A DNA stretch of 63,136 bases. It comes from an uncultured Rickettsiales bacterium (lineage in GTDB: Bacteria; Pseudomonadota; Alphaproteobacteria; Rickettsiales; UBA1997). Shown in pieces: positions 8,442 to 15,501 of the stretch. The translations under genes were made by a program, and so were the position numbers. Within the stretch, counting starts at the first letter, position 1, and every line of letters begins with the position of its first letter. The notes beneath the pieces are model-generated. The model ran no database searches and was not told where the DNA came from. It saw only the letters and a list, made by a program, of their open reading frames with translations. The stretch spans positions 1 to 63,136 of the forward strand of contig CAMVHP010000002.1 in NCBI GenBank assembly GCA_947167315.1, written 5' to 3'.

Positions 8442-8800
8442 TTATTCTATTAAATTCTGTGCTTTAAGCGGGTTCGGTAAAATAGTCTAGGAGCCGGAAA
8501 TCTGTACGCGCACCGAGCGATAAAAGCCAGCGTTGGTGCTGTTGATACTGGATAAAATAATCTTATGCAGTTGCAGAACGAAACTTTCATCGATTTTAGT
8601 CTTATTTTTGCTGGCTTCGGGGATAAATTCAAACGATTTGTCGTGATTAATTGCTTCCAAATAGTGATTAATTGGTTTGGCACTAGAAGTCAGGTTTTCT
8701 TCAATCGCCAGTTCGGTTTCTTTTTTGGTTAGATATTAGCCTCAATACCGTTGGAAATGTAGGCAAGCTCGGTCTTGAGTCATGCTTCAAGTACCTTTGA
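8442..8800 (-). pseudogene. Fic/DOC-family gene relic (N-terminal half only, disrupted)
   Basis: The minus strand reads ELAYISNGIEANI, then a frameshift, then LTKKETELAIEENLTSSAKPINHYLEAINHDKSF...DESFVLQLHKIILSSINSTNAGFYRSVRVQISGS*TILPNP. This matches the Fic pre-motif region (SNxIEGN, lHxxl, GxFRxxxVxIxGS). It has one frameshift, an in-frame stop and no HPFxxGNGR motif. Confidence 0.6.
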
Positions 8801-9006
8801 TCACATTTATTTTGAAAAGTTGTTGTAATTTTTTGCGATTTTCTTAAGTCTTCGCACTAATTTCCTACATTCTAACCTCGTACTTCATGGTTTTGATGTA
8901 TGTAAACTACAAACCTTAAAACACACTGTGTTAAGTATATGGTTTATGGTTTTGTAATTTTAAAGTATGAAGTAAAAAGACGAACCGGCAGAATATAAAA
9001 AGTTGT

Positions 9007-9042
9007 GGATAATGTTGCAAATTTTTAATTGCAACATTATCC
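9007..9042. promoter_or_regulatory. perfect 14-bp inverted repeat (operator- or hairpin-like)
   Basis: GGATAATGTTGCAA (9007-9020), 8-nt AT loop, TTGCAACATTATCC (9029-9042). It lies 41 nt upstream of ATG 9083. Confidence 0.5.
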
Positions 9043-9082
9043 TAGTAATAATCTTAAGTTTTATAAAATAGCGAGACATTCA

Positions 9083-9859
9083 ATGATTAGTGAGATTTTA
9101 CAAAAAAATAAACAACTTTTTAACGAAATTATACAATTGGGGAAAAACATTACTTTTCCGAGAAAAGACGACGTCGATAGACTTTTAAAGGTTTTCTTAG
9201 ATCGACAATTATCGCTTGCAACTTCTATAAATATATTATTGAGAAAAAAGCAATATTACGAGTGTTGTATGCTTATGCCAACACTTTTAGAAAACCATAT
9301 TTTAGTTATGTACTTGATTTCATTCGATAAAATTATCGATTACCTAGAATACGCCTGTATTGAATCTCTTCCGCGATTAAAAATATATCCGGAAGAAGAA
9401 GCGGAAACCTTGAATTTTATCAAAAGCCATAATGTGGTCAGATTTTTCAGTGATAAGCTTGAAAAATCTGATGATAATTTATTAAATCCAAAGAATTATA
9501 AAAAGGCGCCGTGGTATAATATAGAATCCATGGTGCAACAACTTATTTCAAAAGGTAATGTTGACATACGACAAGCTAAAGATTATTACAATTTATTCTG
9601 TGCTTATAAACATTCTCGGCCATTCAATATTCTACAAAGAATGACCTTTGAAAGAATAGATAACGATGCCATTGTTTCTTCCAGAGTGGCTTGTTGTGCT
9701 TTATTACAAGGATACGCCTTAATATTATTAAAACATCCTTTGGAATATTTAATTCAGAAGCAAAAAGAACTGACAGATCAATTTAATGGATTACAAGAAG
9801 AGTTTGAAAAAAATTACAACACCTTCAAAAAAGAGAGTGAGTTATTATATAATCAATGA
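9083..9859 (+). CDS. hypothetical all-alpha protein (possibly DUF5677/AbiV-like, unverified)
   Basis: The long ORF's track start at 9029 is TTG inside the palindrome, so ATG 9083 (MISEILQKNKQ) is preferred. The segment ECCMLMPTLLENHILVMYL is reminiscent of DUF5677-type proteins. No firm assignment. Confidence 0.5.
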   Translation: MISEILQKNKQLFNEIIQLGKNITFPRKDDVDRLLKVFLDRQLSLATSINILLRKKQYYECCMLMPTLLENHILVMYLISFDKIIDYLEYACIESLPRLKIYPEEEAETLNFIKSHNVVRFFSDKLEKSDDNLLNPKNYKKAPWYNIESMVQQLISKGNVDIRQAKDYYNLFCAYKHSRPFNILQRMTFERIDNDAIVSSRVACCALLQGYALILLKHPLEYLIQKQKELTDQFNGLQEEFEKNYNTFKKESELLYNQ

Positions 9860-9889
9860 ATTTTTTGTAATTTTTAACTAAAAATCGTG

Positions 9890-9916
9890 AGATTATGTAA
9901 ACAAGTTACATAATCT
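9890..9916 (+). terminator. Rho-independent terminator-like hairpin
   Basis: agattatgtaa (9890-9900) pairs with ttacataatct (9906-9916) around a 5-nt loop and is followed by a T-rich tract. It lies 31 nt after the 9859 stop. Confidence 0.5.
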
Positions 9917-10385
9917 TTAAGTTTTTCCATAAAATTCGAGATTTTTTCAAAAAATTGCTTCCTTTGCTGAACTTTTTCGTTTTTCCAAACATTGGTTGTA
10001 TTATAATGAAAGAAAAAGCTATGAAAACAGTAAAAATTTATATGGTCCGGAAACCATCAGACGTCGATGGTCTTGTTTCACACTCAAACACTTTAAATAC
10101 ATAAGAGAGCTATACAGTATTGAGAGCAAAGATCAAGTTAAAGGTACTAGGTTTGCTATTACAAATCGATTCAAAAAATTTTCACACTACAACCGATTAT
10201 ACCGAAAAAATTAGCATAAAATGACAAAAATGTCTCCTACTTTTTGTTCCTAATATATACTAATTTGTTCCCAACATGTTTTTTGCATACGCACTGCTAA
10301 TTATAACAAAAAAGCTACTCAAAACACAGAAAATGTAAATGCAAATTATGTCATTACAATATTTTTATTAACTTTTGATGATTTT

Positions 10386-10774
10386 TCAATAATCACCTTT
10401 GTTGGGACCGATACAGTGGAGTTTGCTTTCTTTCTTGAGTTTATCTAAATTATACTTAACTCCATCGGGCGAAATATTAACAAGTTCAGTTAATTTCACG
10501 AGTTACTTTCGGATTATTTTAATTATTAATAAAATTTTCTGGGCAATTTTTATATCTTTCTGAGTGGTTTTCTGGATAGTATTTTTCTTTATTTGCGTCT
10601 TGCGATTATCAAGTAGATTTTTTCATCAAGCAACGGGTTACTGAAAAACTTATTCAAAAATTCCGTGGTATAAGAAATGCCTTTCTCTAAATTCTGATAG
10701 TTGGCACGTACTAGTGCATTGCGAAAATATGTTGTGTGTTTCTTAAGTATACTATTAGTTGTCTTAAATCTCAA
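10386..10774 (-). pseudogene. relic of a regulator/Fic-type protein C-terminus with winged-helix domain
   Basis: The minus strand reads ...KNTIQKTTQKDIKIAQKILLIIKIIRK*LVKLTELVNISPDGVKYNLDKLKKESKLHCIGPNKGDY*. The pattern (TQK repeats, IL..I, ..ELA..L.IS.DGVKY.L.KLK..G.L.R.G..KGG.) is typical of wHTH C-termini. It has an in-frame stop and a frame change relative to ORF 10589-10774. Confidence 0.35.
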
Positions 10775-11056
10775 AGTACAAAGGTATCAGGCTTCACCTT
10801 TGGGATATGTTTCCTAGTATATGGTACATTTGGGAACAAAAATCGGAGTATTGCGAAATTACATCACAAATTCAAAGAATCAAAAAGAGAGTGGTTTTTC
10901 ATTACCGTTTCAGGTGTTTTAGTATAAACAAGGAATTTTTTATAAAATATCACAAAGATACGTGACAGACTATTTTATAAGCTTTTGCAAACATGCTGAA
11001 AATCTGGACTTTTGCGGCATAAAAAAATACCGCCGCAAAGGGTAGGTATTAACTGT

Positions 11057-11133
<77 letters not shown>

Positions 11134-11152
11134 TTTTATTCTATCTATAACA

Positions 11153-11293
11153 CTAAGCAGAAAGAACCTTTCTTCCCTTTGCTCTTCTTCTGTTTAAAGC
11201 TAATCTACCGCCTTTTGTTGACATTCTAGCTCTGAAACCGTATGCTCTTTTTCTCTTTAAACAACTTGGCTGGTATGTTCTTTTTGTTGCCAT
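11153..11293 (-). CDS. rpmH: 50S ribosomal protein L34
   Basis: 46-codon minus-strand ORF, too short for the ORF track: [46 protein letters not shown]. It is collinear with bacterial L34 (MKRTYQPS..KR..HGFR.RM.T..GR.V...RR.KGRK.L). Confidence 0.9.
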   Translation of the reverse strand: MATKRTYQPSCLKRKRAYGFRARMSTKGGRLALNRRRAKGRKVLSA

Positions 11294-11448
11294 AATTTTA
11301 TTCGCTTAAATTGTTCATATGTATGTTGAAATAGTAAATTATTATTTATAAATGTCAACATAATTAATATTTAAATCAAAAATAAATTGAATAATTAAAA
11401 AAATATTGTAAATTCTAGTCAAGTTTATAATACAGTTGACAATTAACG

Positions 11449-12063
11449 GTGATAGAACACTCAAACGTACTATTTGCAATACTTATGAGCACCTTATATT
11501 TTGCTTTTATTTTCTGTGCAAAGAGGACGGAGTCAAAATTTTTCATATTTTTTCTGTCAAGTTTTATAAACGTATTTAGCTATTCCACAACGCTAAAAAA
11601 TGAATTTAACTTTCTTTCAATGATAATATTAAGTCTAGTATTTATATTTGTTATGGCATTATTTTATATACACTGTGAATTGGAAAATAATATTCTCTCC
11701 AGTGATTTTGTTGAAAACAGTGATATAAAAAATTTAGTTACGATAATAATATTTTTAACCGGTTTTATTTCTCTATGTTTTATTTTCACAAAACTGTATA
11801 CCGCAAAGGATAAAATACAAAACATGAATTTAAACAATAATGTGTTGTCAGAAAGAAATATAGTGGAAAAGGAAAACGATGTTAAAAGAGATGTACAGAT
11901 TACAACGATAAACAATACGAGGTACATAACCTATAGTAGAAACGTAAAATTTTTGGATAAAAACAGAATTTTTAAAAACTACAATCTATTGATACTCTTT
12001 TATATTTTGGCAATAATAGTAAATTTGTTTATAAACAATCCAAACAACGAAAATGAGAGGTGA
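11449..12063 (+). CDS. polytopic membrane protein, first gene of a divergent Mrp-like cluster
   Basis: 204-aa very hydrophobic, very AT-rich ORF (GTG start). It overlaps the next ORF by 11 nt. Assignment rests on position in the cluster only. Confidence 0.3.
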   Translation: MIEHSNVLFAILMSTLYFAFIFCAKRTESKFFIFFLSSFINVFSYSTTLKNEFNFLSMIILSLVFIFVMALFYIHCELENNILSSDFVENSDIKNLVTIIIFLTGFISLCFIFTKLYTAKDKIQNMNLNNNVLSERNIVEKENDVKRDVQITTINNTRYITYSRNVKFLDKNRIFKNYNLLILFYILAIIVNLFINNPNNENER

Positions 12064-12325
12064 TATAGTTTTAAAAGTAATTATTAGCTTTATAATACCA
12101 TTTTTGGTGTTATACTCTTTTAGTTGTATATTTTACATAAATGCATTGGGAATGTTGGCTATATTAAATTGTTTAATTGCTGTTATAACATCGTATTTAT
12201 TGTTTTATTTGAGATTTAACAAAATAGAAATACAAAAGGTAATATCCATAAAGAGACTTTTTAACATAGTTATATTTTGTTTTACATATTTTTTATTTTT
12301 TCTATTAATAAAATTGCTTGAGTAG
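12053..12325 (+). CDS. small 3-TM membrane protein (MnhB/MrpB-like position)
   Basis: 90 aa with three hydrophobic segments. Abuts the flanking ORFs (translationally coupled). No diagnostic motif seen. Confidence 0.3.
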   Translation: MRGDIVLKVIISFIIPFLVLYSFSCIFYINALGMLAILNCLIAVITSYLLFYLRFNKIEIQKVISIKRLFNIVIFCFTYFLFFLLIKLLE

Positions 12326-12616
12326 ATGTCTGATTTTGTATTTTTTAGCAATATTGTAGTTATATGTGCATACTTGCTACTGTTTTTTGTATTGTTGTTT
12401 GTTTTTTTGTTCACCAGAAGACCAATAGTTAAAATAATAGTGTTGGTATTTGCCTACAACATAATTTTATTTTTTATAACCTATAACCTATATCTGTTCA
12501 ACATTGAAAATAATATAATAGATTTTATAATTTTGATAGTATTTGGTTGTCTGTTAAACGTATTAAGTGGAATATTTATTATAAACAATCTTGCCAAAGA
12601 CGATTATGCTAAGTGA
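12326..12616 (+). CDS. NuoK/MnhC-like small membrane subunit (divergent)
   Basis: 96 aa, 3 TM. TRRPIVKIIVLVFAYNIILFF resembles the RRN...E..lNa.nL segment of NuoK/MnhC. It sits immediately before the NuoN/MnhD-like gene. Confidence 0.4.
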   Translation: MSDFVFFSNIVVICAYLLLFFVLLFVFLFTRRPIVKIIVLVFAYNIILFFITYNLYLFNIENNIIDFIILIVFGCLLNVLSGIFIINNLAKDDYAK

Positions 12617-14072
12617 ATTTTTTATTAAAATACCGTATTTACTATATTTTATACCGCTAATAGCGTCGTTATTGGTAAACTTTATCGACGATAAAAGATT
12701 TTTGGAAACTTTTACCTACTGTATTTTAATAGTATTGAGTGTACTATCTTTTGAACTGGTATCTAATATAAGTGATTATAGTAATATTTTGTTAATTAAT
12801 AGCTCAAAACACTTTGAAATAATAGGTTGTGAATTTAAAATTAGTTCATATAACAGCTTCACCATAACCGCTCTGTTGTTTGTAAATCTGATAGGTTTTT
12901 CGAATTATATACACGAGATAATATTAGATCAGTCGTTGAGTGTTGGTTATATGAAAAACTTTTTTTCTATATTTTTGATATATATATTTTCACTGGTGGG
13001 AATTTCTTTAACCAATAATATACTGCATCTGTACATATTTATGGAGGTACAATCATTTTGTATCTATATACTCATAATGACCTATAAAAAAAGGGAGTTT
13101 GCAATCCTGTCCTATAAATATTTATCAAATAATATATTTGGTTCCATTTTGAATATGTTGGCTATATTTTACATAATAATCTATTTTAACACTAGCAACA
13201 TGTTTTCTATAAAACAACAACTTATGACCGTAGACATAAAGGATAATTTGTTTATATTTTTGATGTTTATACTGTTGATGGGTTCCATAGTAATAAAATT
13301 TTTTACCAGCAGCAGTAGCCATTACTTTGATACAGATAAAAATGATATAAGTTTTTTGTCCATATCAAATATTTTTGTCAATAATATAATTGGAATATAC
13401 TTGGTTTATAATATCACACACTTTTTGTTTAATGATGACGCTATACTTGGCATGTATGGAATAGACAAAATTTCGCTAATAATATCAAGTTGTATTGTAA
13501 TATATAACTCTGTTAAATTATTCAGCGCAACCCATGTTAACACTATGTTTGATGTTTTTACAAGAATAAATCTAATGGATTTCGGCTTTATATTGTTTGT
13601 GACATTTTTAAGCAACAAAATAACCGACAACTCTAAAGTGTTGTTAATATTTATGATAGATTTTGTCAGTGTGAGTATGCTAATTTATTTTTTTTCCGCA
13701 TACATATCCGCCAGATATGGGACAAACGACATGAGTGTGTTAAGTAGAAATAGATTATTGTCCTATTGCTTTATGTTTATTATTTTATTTAAATTGTTTT
13801 TACCACTGGGAACCAGTCTTTATATAAATAGGTTTTTGTATACACACATAATGAAAAGCAATATTTATCTTGGTGTACCATTTTTCATTTCAAAAATATC
13901 TCTTTTGTTTCTTTTATATAGGATTATTGTTAAGGATGAACAGATTAATTACAATGACAACGGTACACTAAACAAAAAGTACATAAATACACTGCTATTT
14001 TCAATAACCATAATATTTTTGTTTGTACTATTCTTCAATATTTTAATAAATATGTTTGGTTTGAGTATGTAA
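12606..14072 (+). CDS. NuoN/MnhD-like proton-antiporter (Proton_antipo_M) family subunit, highly divergent
   Basis: LHLYIFMEVQSFCIYILI...AILSYKYLSNNIFGSILNMLAIFYIIIY resembles the lyl.lE..S...y.L.....ea..KYf......S segment of NuoN/MnhD. GSIVIKFFTSSSSHYFDTD aligns by eye with K..xxPxHxWxPD. ATG 12606 overlaps the previous stop. Confidence 0.5.
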   Translation: MLSEFFIKIPYLLYFIPLIASLLVNFIDDKRFLETFTYCILIVLSVLSFELVSNISDYSNILLINSSKHFEIIGCEFKISSYNSFTITALLFVNLIGFSNYIHEIILDQSLSVGYMKNFFSIFLIYIFSLVGISLTNNILHLYIFMEVQSFCIYILIMTYKKREFAILSYKYLSNNIFGSILNMLAIFYIIIYFNTSNMFSIKQQLMTVDIKDNLFIFLMFILLMGSIVIKFFTSSSSHYFDTDKNDISFLSISNIFVNNIIGIYLVYNITHFLFNDDAILGMYGIDKISLIISSCIVIYNSVKLFSATHVNTMFDVFTRINLMDFGFILFVTFLSNKITDNSKVLLIFMIDFVSVSMLIYFFSAYISARYGTNDMSVLSRNRLLSYCFMFIILFKLFLPLGTSLYINRFLYTHIMKSNIYLGVPFFISKISLLFLLYRIIVKDEQINYNDNGTLNKKYINTLLFSITIIFLFVLFFNILINMFGLSM

Positions 14073-14079
14073 AATAGGA

Positions 14080-14395
14080 GCTTCTGTTGACAGGTGCTCC
14101 CGAACCCCGCTACAATAGCAAAATCACTAAGTGATTTATATTTCTATTGAAATATAGTCTTGCGACTAGGCAGCCATTGCAACATTGTTAGCAAAATTAT
14201 CATTTGCATTTAATTTAATTTGAACTATTACGGCTGTATCTTACCGGACAAAGTTTATACCTTTCAATGAATGTCAACGCTATTTCACCCCCATGTTTGT
14301 TTACCTTTTGGTGGAGGTGTCGGGTACCGCCCCCGAGTCCATAACATCTATTATGTATAAAGTTTATTGTCATAGTCTCGCGACGTCTTTATTCT
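14080..14395 (-). ncRNA. ssrA: two-piece (circularly permuted) tmRNA gene
   Basis: On the minus strand the acceptor piece ends ...GGACTCGGGGGCGGTACCCGACACCTCCACCA (CCA at 14311-14309). The coding piece starts GGGGGTG at 14292 and can pair with CACCTCC including G3:U. The tag ORF GCA AAT GAT AAT TTT GCT AAC AAT GTT GCA ATG GCT GCC TAG encodes ANDNFANNVAMAA* (14207-14166). A terminator-like hairpin GGAGC..GCTCC + TATTTT lies at the 3' end. The outer ends are approximate. Confidence 0.8.
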
Positions 14396-14514
14396 AATAT
14401 GTTTTAATTAACTTTCAAGTGTTTTATGAATACGGTAGCCTGTACCTAATAAATCTATTGACTATTTAGCGATTATTTCTTAATTTAGTGGTAAAATGAT
14501 TATATAATATATTT

Positions 14515-14844
14515 GTGTTTTATTTAAAGAAAAGATTAGAAATCAGTGCTAGTCATCAGCTTAAGCTGGATAGAGGTAGTAAATGCGAAAATTTGCACGG
14601 ACATAATTTTGTTGTTTATGTGTATTGTAAAAGTGATAGGCTGGACGATGACGGCATGGTTACAGATTTTACAAAAATTAAAAGTATTGTTCATGGAACT
14701 ATGGATCATAAAAATTTAAACGATGTGTTTGATTTTAATCCTACATCGGAGAATATAGCAAAATGGATAGTTGATAATGTACCAAACTGTTATAAGGCAT
14801 CGGTTATGGAAAGTGAAAATAATGAGGCTACATATGAAAAATAG
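14515..14844 (+). CDS. queD: 6-carboxy-5,6,7,8-tetrahydropterin synthase (PTPS/QueD family)
   Basis: 109 aa, GTG start. ISASHQL...CENLHGHNF.V.V......DDDGMVTDFTKIK....MDHKNLND are the QueD/PTPS catalytic Cys, His and Zn-binding motifs. Confidence 0.8.
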   Translation: MFYLKKRLEISASHQLKLDRGSKCENLHGHNFVVYVYCKSDRLDDDGMVTDFTKIKSIVHGTMDHKNLNDVFDFNPTSENIAKWIVDNVPNCYKASVMESENNEATYEK

Positions 14845-15376
14845 TATTATCTCTGCTAGTGTAAGGAATATTTTAGAGGGCTTTAATATTGATCCTAAAG
14901 ATGAAGATTTAAAGGATACTCCAGAAAGGGTTGAAAATGCCATGAGGGAGATGCTTTCCGGCTATGATGTGGATGATAAGCAGTTTTATAAATTGTTTAA
15001 AGCAACCGATCATGATATGGTTATTGTTAAGGATATAGGTTTTAACTCTCTCTGTAAACATCATCTTTTACCATTTTCCGGAACTGTAAGCATAGGTTAC
15101 ATTCCGAACAAATATATAATAGGTTTGTCAAAATTCTCTAGAATTGTTGATTGTTTCTCAAAGAGGCTACAGCTTCAGGAGAATTTAACGAGGGAAATTT
15201 TAAAATCCATTGAAAAACATTTAAAACCACTTGGTGCTATTGTATTAATGAAGGCCAGTCACAATTGTATGTCCTGTAGAGGAGTTAAGCAAAGTGACGC
15301 CGTGACGGTTACTTTAGCAAAAAGTGGAGAATTTGAAAAGAATGATATTTTAAATTGTTTTTTCAATATGTTGTAG
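14834..15376 (+). CDS. folE: GTP cyclohydrolase I
   Basis: DEDLKDTPERVENAMREM and SLCKHHLLPFSGTVSIGYIP...GLSKFSRIVDCFSKRLQLQENLT are FolE signatures. ATG 14834 overlaps the queD stop by 11 nt. The ORF-track start at 14771 lies inside queD. Confidence 0.85.
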   Translation: MKNSIISASVRNILEGFNIDPKDEDLKDTPERVENAMREMLSGYDVDDKQFYKLFKATDHDMVIVKDIGFNSLCKHHLLPFSGTVSIGYIPNKYIIGLSKFSRIVDCFSKRLQLQENLTREILKSIEKHLKPLGAIVLMKASHNCMSCRGVKQSDAVTVTLAKSGEFEKNDILNCFFNML

Positions 15377-15439
15377 TTTTAGTTTTATCCTGTTAAAGCA
15401 AACCAGATAGATACCTCTTGTTTTACTTTTTTCTATTTC

Positions 15440-15467
15440 TTGATATTTGTATAAAATGTGCTATACT
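15440..15467 (+). promoter_or_regulatory. sigma70-like promoter candidate with extended -10
   Basis: TTGATA (15440-15445), 16-nt spacer ending TGC, TATACT (15462-15467). A strong SD (AGGAGG) precedes ATG 15502. Confidence 0.4.
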
Positions 15468-15501
15468 ATAGGTACAAACAAGGTGCTTTGTAGGAGGAAA
15501 A

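Noticed and set aside
8450-8683. 77-aa minus-strand ORF in the ORF track.
   Set aside because: It is the wrong-frame reading across the Fic gene relic. The neighbouring frame carries the recognisable Fic sequence.
9996-10214. Possible IS66 Orf2 (TnpB)-like relic. One frame reads MKTVKIYMVRKPSDVDGLVS, another LYSIESKDQVKGTRFAITNRFKKF.
   Set aside because: Similarity to the IS66 TnpB pattern (kIyl...tDmRk..dGL ... lFvF.nrr.d..KiL.wd) is weak by eye and needs large gaps. It is not reportable without a BLASTX hit.
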